DNA from: a virus
Lineage: Duplodnaviria; Caudoviricetes
DNA length: 63,733 nucleotides
Virus record (IMG/VR): IMGVR_UViG_3300033146_001875
Location: 1-63,733 of that record
Reading direction: 5' to 3' (one strand)
Each line of letters begins with the position of its first letter. Position 1 is the first letter of the stretch. The position numbers and the translations under genes are program-made. The notes beneath the pieces were generated by a model. That model saw nothing but the letters and a program-made list of their open reading frames with translations, made no database searches and was not told where the DNA came from. Shown here piece after piece: positions 39,601 through 46,670 of this stretch.

Positions 39601-40249
39601 AATGTCTAGCAGAAGCTTTACCTGCATCCACTATCTCTCCAACAAATCCATCGTCTTCAGTATTATCCATTTGTATTTTAGCTATAGCTCCACGAACTAT
39701 CTGAGCAGCTTTGATATAGTCTCTATTTCCGCGAGCTTCATCCTCTTTAGGAATGGCCATTTGTTCACTATAAAATCCAGTTGGTCTAACAGCTTCTTTT
39801 TGTAGTAAGCTTATAGAATTATCTATAGCATCTGAGTCTATATTATCGTCGTTAGAGGCTTTTTCCTTGAGAGTCAACAGTTCATCTATGTCGTTCTGTA
39901 CTCGTGCTTTATAAGAGTTTATAGTAGCCAATTCTTGTTGGTTGCCATAAAAGCTATTTTGTTTATCCAGATTTGATATTCGTTCATCTATAGAAGTAAG
40001 TTTGCTTGGTTCTGTATCATATTTAATATCACCATTCTCATCTTGCTTAACAAACACACCACTACCAAGATTAACATTAGCTTTGGTTCTATCTGCATAT
40101 TCATTTATCATACCAGTAGTTCTATCATATTCAGCAGATATTTTTTTTGTTGTTTCTTCTGAAAATGCTTCTAAGGCATCACTATAGTTATCTTCTCTTG
40201 CTTTTTCTGCATAATGCTTCTTAAGCATATCGTCTAAAATTGTATTCAT
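27662..40249 (-). CDS. Virion-encapsidated RNA polymerase (N4 gp50 homolog), 4195 aa
   Basis: EYDGITSG (A), RNQAKTGTMSAVYG (B), VFDA (C); no Cys seen; HEMFH motif; N4 synteny. Confidence 0.93.
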   Translation of the reverse strand: MNTILDDMLKKHYAEKAREDNYSDALEAFSEETTKKISAEYDRTTGMINEYADRTKANVNLGSGVFVKQDENGDIKYDTEPSKLTSIDERISNLDKQNSFYGNQQELATINSYKARVQNDIDELLTLKEKASNDDNIDSDAIDNSISLLQKEAVRPTGFYSEQMAIPKEDEARGNRDYIKAAQIVRGAIAKIQMDNTEDDGFVGEIVDAGKASARHLLGQSLAGLAKSVEDIGAEALSSGPTYQDYSAFTKSLQNWRDDSNAVAGYKGHSTEIASKHIDNFLAKWFKDEDTDILGGAKELFKAGAAFPEFLAHSAADIVAYIAAGIASYGVGFGIMAIKALGAGQERVDKWEDETGVDMPIGHKSIVLTASLANEYLQKGALEFVFEKGMYELVAGGKAIFRLDKPTIQAYDNLTGLIALRAFSGALKTAEGAVAEGFAEGIDGVVDTLSTKYRNEEGDMIDILGKHKWELYNQIVTGGILGAAMKAPKAMKDTREVFNEEVSYKKALATAMATGKNTYKKTTETELELKDNLQSEVDLAESYKKGEFKAVEDGDKALRETGDKALANSIKRRAIEELKDERASIYGTSDLSDIIRSDDKYYLGSLKEMGLTLGEKALASSETTLEKLTKFEKTEAFKKATDEQKTIFAKYKDGVEKARKFFPLYKQKITDIVNSDESIQKKIMSSFLDNFNRTKYKKDRNIEVQRIAEENSVGLKDKFTEKIYKDKETVTSIKNFFEKFTKVEEFIEKEFAESIDLLAKAHANKNKDDENKDDIATIKASIVIVGIDNLENKKALKLIDMITKSTDVEIRRLMDKVPDRVYKVVKERISDMVKAELDNNKDEDTVHGSSSNDDGSFGYIDPDDIKMMQNIIKNGSLEDVQKVFLGGIIEKLKKASETNNVTERIKLVKQVSKSMAAVSDEILTGEFKDGDSKKSIVSYTRDLDNAKTKEDISEVIKEFSTFVRSRYNKNLAGVGYERGSASLIEMVTFENIALQAMAKKIMKKFNEAEAKNATFVMNNADANLLNDFIDKTEDELNGDEMQNTEVPKNARRPKSKKNIKPNKQLEKAKSIATFIRNIAYGQLEKNADKKGLYIGSYTKEDKNGRNIEHLVYAYSDGKDYFITEIPVYLNDKNEKKIQPSHFQQNKLNSVSAIYTLTRIAQKKYPEKKGTLIFSINEDSKNAYGIKLEQDTTMSVHSYSIGKEKTLLEDTFDIKIEDMFDKSFQEVHDELIEIVPLNKKKNKKTFTTTSESNPLNNNGESSSNQDKNNISSKNGSKSTEDTRDIDKEKEVMDELEDTSEFEQILTKEDIENQLELEKQIKEKESEIDKKNKQKHLSKSVRKKETKALKEKLKSLRKKVSETIKNKLSEAIIPIFNAMVGKDDISKFIKLHTPSNIYKFYKVALSSKKNLKAYFENHKNILNGKDIDETVEILANKDVMKISSLFDITRILVPQKEEDSILNILGTTVGSRLVLPRVVQEQVKIEVLKILFVAKNFKMQTNDQIANAYGIKNEHEITDPKFLNIINNIRKSGGSPLNVMFPDAGANIMKALGITVSDEAEHGTKARYETELGNLVKALVLSTRDESGKFLVTQKAGPEYQGKTPYFYLPTKDSVLYNIDKIVLQNYVYTTDLLFNKEPSVLEPQYNTTKYVFVPKKQLHSEFEIGNDKQQFLEDRSNIIYHPNSAAELLFNMDRDTAYEAMGFEDKKSMDKMDVLKRAGQVGKNIGIKEKVDKVLDRLPDDRTEMLWGGFKIPYVASKVLRTIQKSVIDLSGNKIHRHLFYGSHMRHEIDFSGDNTGLTIFRLGLAQAFKIGVDKMTDLSALSQLDDTLTIKDGKLDIVDSTLKRIVLALAEDSTDEAALKGAASYSASREQSHTLLAIAELVNIQKAINNGDTKFKSDMTLEYDGITSGMTLALIGLGANVKRDEDGIQIYSVPELLVKGGIYTEEGIEAFLSSIDKNNGENLDIDRLKKFLKLDDGSTNEQVIEATKKHIRKSLKDGSLTHGFLKEYAGLEDYYEDVATKTTIALKELIESIKARRKKLVKKLGAEHRYVLELDEQLALVKEVGDELSRNQAKTGTMSAVYGQGVVSTMRNAFYEVVLPKMYENISELDETKTTKLLIQEKEDIPLFYKDDVETSAMSGNLRLWITDEEEETVGSVETINSLFITNAKKEDVKDFSVDWDGDNPVKINILNEALRRDIEFAVGGENGMKITPKDYAALSKDINIFEASRGNEKIDEASNEMFRRVLLAHLVYNTKANKFIYSKATEAKLEEHSNRTFGRVIWDTVQELYQPIHENRNRLKLLNGILFSNTREIITQSLQKATEENNGVLTEKQYKDVFKKLIEAGVLYSIKSPDPEHKEQLSYYTDEKNPDQNNLIKNKFKSSNGKTVNQSTNANERTMVQNISATSVSSTLQQDSYTIQVVGRDGNVIDVFDAKVYGMDKNSITETQQAYNRETIHVPMNYSASNEHIESIVKQIAYLESIGVDADAILDSQLKFAKENLEISLQKLTSYSGLEYILGKANEDALSLEDTIENIKEIKKNKQKMSEETIVSNHSYASDSLSEKENLSYTEVTNKLDADKKEYGFTILEDTEDTETANENFKNVGQEIRHVVSDEYDKENQHRVTMGLQYISKLFDSFGSNKIPFVNKDLIKLYVSTHFIGLAGGKNSQYSSTAKYESFYESIENDTEAAYRRDIENTKEHGMENKSIVFISTNGGENGYWKNSNIEKINAFIGGTIQNILDDGSSIVLDNETNANTPYNKSGEGETLRRIIEFVESYNNDSTTTEKYVVETVTANQLLEEVDGSNDTFVNVIQEKLKAVAKKPKDLDLENVTYTLIKLENKDLRRQPNTKLKEKDTNGIGTTTDTVSEEQTIPDTASVQASLDSFKSGTQLKTIISSIFQIDKSKLTKDVLDSIKDNIGKRIPIKEYKNNAELFRLAVIGILFPESKEFLDSRAAYLDKQYDTQENEENQIEEPADENTEEKHAGFIAGKDDKSNVFTILETASDSDIVRVVKQVLDADEDAKLVSFPADAKTGKPSGLYIMNEKTKELFVATESNLELLERFRNVFNNESVERHAIDFGNGWSFSSNTTDTESEYISSKQVTRENVRSFVGELIEEDKELDGSFDDDYTADLDMLLEETLDTVFDFTDSVDVQLFETENEPTYGQADTFNNKVRLTGSTRFIGQSRKSVFSHEMFHISTQAALNYDKKIMLRLNRLKMAVYNHMVKNLDNPELIFAKDGSVEQQELSKALFKYIFFDKKANEFFTYALTDPTLFKYIQDNEHEFEVDNRLLRELKLSDGKIKGLFIRMFNFIVRVINKAAEKRLGRNTVGAELIQIKNKAQEMTIKLKRGDTDNIYNTFHKKINKPLATKLRQLKLEFAIKAKQAFPQGMNNLLASAYIRASNSKTQALAKFFVEVNHMIVTDTAYDDRYNTFYDMLNKAKKIQEDDKEHTKSSIVRVLTKQLKAFNKEDRIKLQKLLIETDIMAVTTDSKEIHSLLNDDKHLNTLIKTLENSISDKVTNRRQRRFSKMVMLQAKGLAQFMVHGKTGIKRQMLNTHNISNGLFLNSDELSKIDRIKGININLNKLVSLYALRMAKEENNVNLSKDFRAVNKMLTFFKEMTRDNDRKSFAGSQKVYKQKGYTKMVTDENMEVKVIRLADLDMYVEQGWKFIDYDIKVNDHDDIDMDRVLVTKHDYSAPYSKGVIEITNLRHKGTSMKEFHEDSEHIGTHEIQGMIDDITNEKFDLEADPFTGSEPVPLISIEGKRAKITDYRYTMSTSLKENLLRENKDVVERIAATIVSSSAKITGEESNNMFIEWALNEYKDASDKENFIQISPYNPRTKDQWNKLPEYTKRVLKENGVKEFYIRPELLSDFFGYKNFSFAEAKSSLKRTKPKFYKGLQIVESFLRSLVKLFKPLVAVVNTGVIWGNIKSNYISLVMRGVDPITASKDMVQGFKYLWELRHQLDDIRELEIRKVQGDKVEKELKQLQSLVEDNPLYGLYKKGLISSVVEDVNRDSMTSKNDINKIVDIAMNKSGVRGIKVLHEIIKNMYVTSDTKLFEVLLTLNQAGDASARYSLDKHLRKSGMPAKQSARVVAQAFVMYNTLKAQAFTTMENLSLVLFMQFFLKNMGVVARMLIANPSSVIAYKTLVNTRGVDQFDTYDDNGIVGGFFNRVFGPLDMAETLIVPHITEVY

Positions 40250-40278
40250 TTTTTTTGTTCCTTTTTTTTTATTGTTTT

Positions 40279-42669
40279 TTATTTTGAACTGAATGTCTTA
40301 TTAGCAGCACTCTTTAAGTCTTTCATAAACTTCTCATCTACTTTTATTGAAGTAGTGTATTTGTCTAGCTTATACATGTCTCCAGACATATTGTTCCAAA
40401 TTCTCTTTCCTTTTTCTGCTAAGGTATCACCAAAATATCCAGTGTCTGTTGCTTTTTCATTTAACTGAGGCATATATTTAGCAACCATTTTAGCTATGTT
40501 TTCAAAATTCTTTTCACTGGCAGGAATCTTCATAGTAGCGGTATGAGTCTTTTTGTCTAGAACAACATCAGGACTAAGTGCAGAAATTTCTTTTATTGCA
40601 TTAAAAGACTTAACTTCCTTGACGGCTTTATTGAAAATAGATTCCGATACATCTGGTTTCAAATTTGTGTTTTTATAAAAAAGCTTTTTTATACTATTTT
40701 GCAGTTTATTCTTATTCGTTTCGCGGAACGAATAGGTTTTCATCAATAAATCTACTACCTTGTCTGTAACTCTTTTGGTCTGTTCATTAATACTATCTTT
40801 ATCTTGAACACTATCTGGAAAAGAAAAATCCTTAGAACTAATTTTCATATTTTTTATTTTAGAAAGAATCTTATTAACATTCTTAAACTCACTATCTTTC
40901 ACTAAAGAACTATCAAAGCTTGGTTTATAGTTTTTTAAATACCAATTCAAGAGCTTGTTCTTATTTTCTCGTAGGACATAATTGAAACCACCTTCTCTTG
41001 TCTCAATTAGATTAGATTTTTTTAATAAGCTCAACATGTATTTATTTTTTGTATCTATTTTATACATGTTGCCAGTACCATGCACACCTCTGTAAACAGA
41101 ATGCATATTTTTGGATATGATTTTTTTAAATCTCTCCTTAGTAGGCTTATTCTTTTCAATGAAATCTCTATTTTTTTCTAACTGTTTTTCATTATCTTCT
41201 TTCAGATTCTTTACCAAATCAACAATATCAGTAGATTTAGTAGTTGTGTCTTCTTTTGTAAATCGTGAAGTTAGCTTACTGCTTTTTATATATTGCTTAT
41301 AGTTATTAGTATTCTTGAGAGTAGTCAAGATCGCAGTTTCTTTTGGGCTTCCAGCAAATTTTGTTTCCAGTCTGGTCATTATTTGTCTTATCTTGGTTGG
41401 GCTAGAATCGTCAGCAGTTATTAAATTAACTAATGTTGAATAATCACCGCCCATGTTTTTTTTCACTTTATCTAATTCAATATTTTTCACATCTGAGTCA
41501 ATCTCAAGGTTGTATATTTTTGCATATTTTTTATACCTTTTATCTTGTTTGAACTCGTTTAAAATAGATTTTATTTCACTGTCGTTTTTATATCTCTTTT
41601 CTAAAGTAGTTATCATGTCATACATAGCTTGACCACTTGTATTATCGCTTACTAAACTATCATAAGCATTAGACTCCATTGTTTTAAAATGTTCTGTTCT
41701 CTCTTTGAAGTTATCGCTATTTATCTTGTCTATTATTCTTGTTGTTTTAATATTATTCTTGTTACTTTCATTAGTTACAGCTTCTTGATACCCACTATGC
41801 TCTTTAAATCTAGTTTCAAGAACACCTATAGCTTTTAAAGCTTTTTTATTGTCTGCATATTTAGCTTTTAAGTTTGATATGCCTTTTAATATATTAGAAC
41901 CATCTGTTGTATTATTATTTGTTATTTGTTTATCTATTGCCTCATAACCACTTATACTATCAACAATATCTTTCTTAGCTTGAGTATCGTTGCCGATATA
42001 AGCATTTATAGCTCTTGTTCCAGCCATATTGTTTGTAGAAGCAAATTCTTGTTTTAGTTCAGCTAACTTATTTAATTTAGGTTGACCAGTTAAATTTTCC
42101 AATTTGTTTTTTACTTCAAGAGTCATATTTTTAGCTTCTTGTCTGTTCAACTCTTCTTGTTCCTGTGGTGTATACTTCATATTTTGGAACCACTTAGTAG
42201 CTTTCAACTTTTCTTCACTAGACATATTGGCTGTTTCCATGAAATTTCGAAAGCCTTTATCTCTCTTGTCTTTAGAACCATATTTTGTTTCATCTAAGAA
42301 AGTTAATATTTTAGCTTTAGTATTTGTTTGGAAAGTTTTATCATATATAGAGTCTGCTTCTTTGTGTTGAAGTAGAACTAATTTCTTAGCAGTGTCTGTA
42401 TCACCACTACTTGTATATTGCTGTATCATGTCTTTATATAGACTCAATACAGCATTCTTTTTCTCTTCTGGAGTCTTACTTTTGTCGGCAGTTATTTGAG
42501 CCATATTATCTTCAAGATGAATCATACCTTTTAGGCGATTCTTTTCTTTCTCTGTATTCTGGTATCTCTCTAACTCTTTCTGCAGTCCACTAAAAGGGTT
42601 TTCAACATCAACTACAGAAGCTTGTTGAGTATTACTTGTCTCTAAGGTCTGGTATTTCATTTGTTCCAT
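40279..42669 (-). CDS. Internal virion/ejection protein (N4 gp51 position)
   Basis: 796 aa, Cys-free, helical, adjacent to vRNAP. Confidence 0.7.
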   Translation of the reverse strand: MEQMKYQTLETSNTQQASVVDVENPFSGLQKELERYQNTEKEKNRLKGMIHLEDNMAQITADKSKTPEEKKNAVLSLYKDMIQQYTSSGDTDTAKKLVLLQHKEADSIYDKTFQTNTKAKILTFLDETKYGSKDKRDKGFRNFMETANMSSEEKLKATKWFQNMKYTPQEQEELNRQEAKNMTLEVKNKLENLTGQPKLNKLAELKQEFASTNNMAGTRAINAYIGNDTQAKKDIVDSISGYEAIDKQITNNNTTDGSNILKGISNLKAKYADNKKALKAIGVLETRFKEHSGYQEAVTNESNKNNIKTTRIIDKINSDNFKERTEHFKTMESNAYDSLVSDNTSGQAMYDMITTLEKRYKNDSEIKSILNEFKQDKRYKKYAKIYNLEIDSDVKNIELDKVKKNMGGDYSTLVNLITADDSSPTKIRQIMTRLETKFAGSPKETAILTTLKNTNNYKQYIKSSKLTSRFTKEDTTTKSTDIVDLVKNLKEDNEKQLEKNRDFIEKNKPTKERFKKIISKNMHSVYRGVHGTGNMYKIDTKNKYMLSLLKKSNLIETREGGFNYVLRENKNKLLNWYLKNYKPSFDSSLVKDSEFKNVNKILSKIKNMKISSKDFSFPDSVQDKDSINEQTKRVTDKVVDLLMKTYSFRETNKNKLQNSIKKLFYKNTNLKPDVSESIFNKAVKEVKSFNAIKEISALSPDVVLDKKTHTATMKIPASEKNFENIAKMVAKYMPQLNEKATDTGYFGDTLAEKGKRIWNNMSGDMYKLDKYTTSIKVDEKFMKDLKSAANKTFSSK

Positions 42670-42708
42670 AAATATAATCCTTACTATAGTTTTACTTCGA
42701 TTATGTAA

Positions 42709-42716
42709 ATTATAGC
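42709..42716 (-). promoter_or_regulatory. Sigma70-type -10 box (late promoter)
   Basis: GCTATAAT 40 nt upstream of ATG 42669. Confidence 0.45.
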
Positions 42717-42738
42717 TGATTATACTTACGAGTTCAAT

Positions 42739-43290
42739 TTATCCAAATTGAGCATTTAGTTTTTTAGAGGCATCTAACCTTGATTGTCTGTCTTCTTTAG
42801 CTAACATGAAAGACTCTTCAGCTCTCTTCATAGCTTGGTTAGCAGCTCTTCTGTTGGTTCTATTAGCTTTATGTGAATCAGAAGCTTTTACTATACCTGC
42901 ACCTAAGCTAAGTCCACCGAGAACACCCTCAGCTATAGCAGAACCATTCTTGCTCATAAAATCAGTAAAGTCGTTTTCACCAAATAGGTCTTTCCACATA
43001 GAATCTAATTTTAGATCTTTTGGGTCAGGTGGTTTATCTGATCCAGTTAAAACAGTATTTTTTAATAAGCCATCTTCAGCCATCTTCGTTACTTTTTCAG
43101 CATTGCTTGGGTCATTTAAAGCATCTGGGATATTTTTGTTAGTATTGTTTATATCCAGCTCACTTCTGATCTGAATTAAATTATTTTTTTTTGCAAGCTG
43201 TCGTGTTTGGGCTTGGTTAATAAGTAATTTTGTTTTAGCTTCAGAAACTAGTCGTTCCACTTCTGCTTTCGTGTATTTTTTTTCTGACAT
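42739..43290 (-). CDS. Small ejection protein (N4 gp52 position)
   Basis: Gly/Ala-rich hydrophobic segment followed by a coiled coil; Cys-free. Confidence 0.65.
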   Translation of the reverse strand: MSEKKYTKAEVERLVSEAKTKLLINQAQTRQLAKKNNLIQIRSELDINNTNKNIPDALNDPSNAEKVTKMAEDGLLKNTVLTGSDKPPDPKDLKLDSMWKDLFGENDFTDFMSKNGSAIAEGVLGGLSLGAGIVKASDSHKANRTNRRAANQAMKRAEESFMLAKEDRQSRLDASKKLNAQFG

Positions 43291-43357
43291 TCTGTTTATC
43301 TCCTCTTGTTTTTATATTTTAATATCTTACAAGAAACCTCTTCTTCTTGTAAAAGGT

Positions 43358-43789
43358 CTAATCTAAATACTGTACATTATATTTAGGTCTCATACTTGGA
43401 GTATCCATAGTTCCAAGTGTAGGATGGGATGATGTTTCCCAACCTTGAAATGTATCTGATTTCAAGTTATTTATTACACTCACTGGCAACATCATCGGAG
43501 TATTAAACTTAATAAAATAGTCTTTAGAACCATACATATTTGTTATAGATAGATTCAAATCCTTTGAAGCAGTGTCTTCTGGATTAAGCTTAGTTATAAT
43601 AACCTTTCTAATATTCCTACTACTAGTAACAACTTTTTTCTTATTGTCGCTAAAAGTTTCTTTAGCAGAGCGATTATCTTTTATCTTAGCTTTAAGAATT
43701 TCCATTGTGTCAGTCTTATCCATTGCTACATTAGCTTTTTTAGCAACAGCTTTCAATTCATTAAAGCTTAGTTCTTCTAAATTTTCCAT
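43358..43789 (-). CDS. N4 gp55-like virion-associated protein
   Basis: ELKAVAKK...ILKAKI, RKVIITKLNPED, PKYNVQYL; directly downstream of MCP. Confidence 0.7.
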   Translation of the reverse strand: MENLEELSFNELKAVAKKANVAMDKTDTMEILKAKIKDNRSAKETFSDNKKKVVTSSRNIRKVIITKLNPEDTASKDLNLSITNMYGSKDYFIKFNTPMMLPVSVINNLKSDTFQGWETSSHPTLGTMDTPSMRPKYNVQYLD

Positions 43790-43835
43790 ACAAAATCCTT
43801 TGTTAATTTTATTGTGTTCTTGTTTTGTAGCGATT

Positions 43836-43844
43836 ATTATAACA
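43836..43844 (-). promoter_or_regulatory. Extended -10 promoter TGTTATAAT
   Basis: Consensus TGnTATAAT upstream of ATG 43789. Confidence 0.55.
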
Positions 43845-43861
43845 TAAATGAGGAATATGGA

Positions 43862-43896
43862 GAAAATAGGTAATATCTATATAAGATATTACCTAT
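43862..43896 (-). terminator. Terminator after the major capsid gene
   Basis: 13-bp perfect inverted repeat ATAGGTAATATCT/AGATATTACCTAT followed by Ts on the - strand. Confidence 0.7.
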
Positions 43897-43920
43897 GAAG
43901 TTTTATAGCTTTATAAAGGG

Positions 43921-45168
43921 CTATGCACCTTGTGGAAGTGGACAAGTAACTCTAATTACACACAAGTGGTCAGGTCTTGTAATAATAGTTGCATATCTAA
44001 ATTTAAATGCAACATAACCTCTTTCACCAATAGGATTACCACTATCAATAACATCTGGAAATCTAGTATAAATTTGGTGTTTTGCTTTACCTTGTAAACC
44101 AACAGTTGAGATAGCATCTTTTGACATTACTACAGCTGGAAAAGAATCATATTTCCAACCATTAGAACCGCCAGTGTCTGTTGAATAACAAGTAGTAGAT
44201 TCAGCTGAACCATCTCCAACTAAAGCACCAAGAGCTGGCTCGTTCATCATAGTTTCAGCATAACAAATACGGAATCTACCAAGACGACCAATTTCCTCAA
44301 TACCATCCATTTTGAGGATATTGCTTGGGTCTGGATATTCTTCAACTGATGTGAAGTCAGGGAATAAACCTTTGTTGATAAGGGCAGTATATAAAGAGTG
44401 ACCAACGATAATATAAAATGCTTGTGGAATTGGTTTAGTGCCAATTCTGTTTTGACCAGCAATAATTTTGCTCATCGGGTTAGCTTTAGCAGCTACAAGT
44501 CTACTGAATACAGCAACAGATAATCCTTCTGATAAAGAATAGCTACTAGATAAAGAATCGTCTTCATTACCTTCTTTATTTCCGAGTTCACCAATAGCAG
44601 TTGCAGTACCACCAAAAGCTTTGTTACTAGAACTCAGAATATCTTTTAACATAAGAGTATTATAAGTGTCGTTCATCTGCATAGTAACATCTTCAACAGT
44701 CAATGCTCTCATAGCATCCTCTGAATATGCTTCACTATCTTCTGTCAATGCCACAATACCAGCATATTTTTTCATACTAACCGATGTAGTAACCTTGCGA
44801 AAAGTTTTAAGTTCAGCTATATCGCCGAAAGAATAATTCGTTTCATTACCAGCACCAACACCGATTTCCTTACCATTTGCAGAAGTCGTCTCAGTTGCTA
44901 AACTTCTTTCTGTAATATAACCATTTTGAGAGGTATTTGCATTGTAAGAACCATCATCATTTAAAACATCTCTATAGATAGACCAAAAGTATTGTGTTAC
45001 TTTAAACTCCGTACCTTTGCCTTGATTCATCATTTCTCTTGCATTAGCAAATTTAGAAAAGTTAAATTTTTGGTCAAGAGTTCTTCTAGCTATGCGGCTA
45101 AAAAAATTGTTTACCTGACTACCTTGTGTTTGGGTAGAACCATCGTTGTTTCCATAAACATAAACCAT
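43921..45168 (-). CDS. Major capsid protein (N4 gp56 family)
   Basis: FTSVEEY...EIGRLGRFRI, KYDSFPAVV, TVGLQG, NPIGERGYVAFKF; AAGGAG RBS at 45175-45180. Confidence 0.92.
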   Translation of the reverse strand: MVYVYGNNDGSTQTQGSQVNNFFSRIARRTLDQKFNFSKFANAREMMNQGKGTEFKVTQYFWSIYRDVLNDDGSYNANTSQNGYITERSLATETTSANGKEIGVGAGNETNYSFGDIAELKTFRKVTTSVSMKKYAGIVALTEDSEAYSEDAMRALTVEDVTMQMNDTYNTLMLKDILSSSNKAFGGTATAIGELGNKEGNEDDSLSSSYSLSEGLSVAVFSRLVAAKANPMSKIIAGQNRIGTKPIPQAFYIIVGHSLYTALINKGLFPDFTSVEEYPDPSNILKMDGIEEIGRLGRFRICYAETMMNEPALGALVGDGSAESTTCYSTDTGGSNGWKYDSFPAVVMSKDAISTVGLQGKAKHQIYTRFPDVIDSGNPIGERGYVAFKFRYATIITRPDHLCVIRVTCPLPQGA

Positions 45169-45270
45169 TATAGGCTCCTTTAAATTTTGTATCATATAAA
45201 TATATTTGTACACAAGACAACCTTATGTATCTTGTGTATCAATATATTTAACAGAGTGAGTAGAAGAGTC

Positions 45271-46317
45271 TTAGAACTCTCCTACTATAGATTTATAATA
45301 CTTTTCAAATTCAGTATCACTCATGTCTTCTACATTTTTCTTTTTACCACGAGGTGTTCTTTTACGAGACCCATCACTAACTTTTTTTCTTTTAGTAGCT
45401 TTGTCCTTAGATTTATCTTCTATTTGTTCCTTGTGGTTCTTTCTAGTATTCTCAGAACTTTCTTTAAGCTCTTTAGAATACTCATCGTAGGCAGATATAT
45501 AAGCTTCTATAGAGTTAGATTTACCAAGTAATTTATTCTTCATATAGTTAGGTGCTATCTTTTCAAACAGACCAGCTTTTATAGTCTCTCCAACAAATTC
45601 AAGAATCTTAGGATTTTCAAATACTTCTTTGCGAGAAGCCTCATCAAAATCTTTTAGTAATAAATTCTCAAACTGATTGTATACACTCTCATCAGATTGT
45701 AAATCAGTTAGTATAGCTTTTGTTTCTATATAGTTTGGGTCTGCCTTATATTCAGATGGTTTATATCCAGTTGGGTCAGTATCGTCTATATCGTCTATAT
45801 CTACACCACTGTCACTAATTAGTTTGGCTAAAGCTTGTTTATTGCCTTTTTTTGCCTCTACAAGTAAATATAGATCTTCATCAGATACACCCTCCTCTTT
45901 TATACCCTCTAATACAGCAATGCTATCTTTGTGTTGTTTATATTTAGTATCACCCTTAATAGCACTCTTAGTAACTTCTTGTAATTCATCAATGTCTTTC
46001 AGCTTAATATCTGAACCATTTATATTAACTATAATAGAACCATCATTATCTAACCCGTTTTCTTCATCTTCTTCGTCATCATTTTTTTCATCATCGTCAT
46101 CAGATTTAGAATCCTGATTATAATCTTCTGACTCATCGTCTTCGTAGTCTGGTTCATTGTCGTCAAAGTTATCCATACTAATAGAACCATCATCTTGATT
46201 TGCCTCATCATCTTCTTTATTTTCATCAAAATAAACATTATCATCTAAATCATCAAGACCGTCTAACTTTTTGTTAGACTGGTCGTTGCTATTGTTATCA
46301 TCAAATATGTCGCCCAT
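45271..46317 (-). CDS. Scaffold-like protein (N4 gp57 family)
   Basis: Very acidic N-terminus, GNKQALAKLI, C-terminal MSDTEFEK; upstream of MCP. Confidence 0.8.
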   Translation of the reverse strand: MGDIFDDNNSNDQSNKKLDGLDDLDDNVYFDENKEDDEANQDDGSISMDNFDDNEPDYEDDESEDYNQDSKSDDDDEKNDDEEDEENGLDNDGSIIVNINGSDIKLKDIDELQEVTKSAIKGDTKYKQHKDSIAVLEGIKEEGVSDEDLYLLVEAKKGNKQALAKLISDSGVDIDDIDDTDPTGYKPSEYKADPNYIETKAILTDLQSDESVYNQFENLLLKDFDEASRKEVFENPKILEFVGETIKAGLFEKIAPNYMKNKLLGKSNSIEAYISAYDEYSKELKESSENTRKNHKEQIEDKSKDKATKRKKVSDGSRKRTPRGKKKNVEDMSDTEFEKYYKSIVGEF

Positions 46318-46321
46318 ACTC

Positions 46322-46603
46322 TTAACCTCTATTTGGTGTTCTTGCTAGCAAGTCTTCAATATATATTTTAAAGGCATTGCTATTAATAACACCCTCAAAC
46401 ATTTCGTGTCTATGGTCTGGTGCCATAGTGGCTTTCATGGATTCGTCCAAAACTTTCTCTACTGTATAATGATTATATATAAGTTTAAAATCTTCATTTT
46501 GCATTAGAGCTACAGCAGCAGCATTCAGCTTTTTTTCTTGCTCAACAGCTTGTTCTATCTCTTCTTCTTTGTAGCCACCTACAAATTTGTTTAAATTTTC
46601 CAT
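46322..46603 (-). CDS. N4 gp58-like protein
   Basis: LMQNEDFKLI; between portal and scaffold. Confidence 0.65.
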   Translation of the reverse strand: MENLNKFVGGYKEEEIEQAVEQEKKLNAAAVALMQNEDFKLIYNHYTVEKVLDESMKATMAPDHRHEMFEGVINSNAFKIYIEDLLARTPNRG

Positions 46604-46670
46604 ATTCTTTTAGTCCTTAAAATAAATTTCAATACATTTTACACGAATATATTTACAAAGTCAAACCAGA

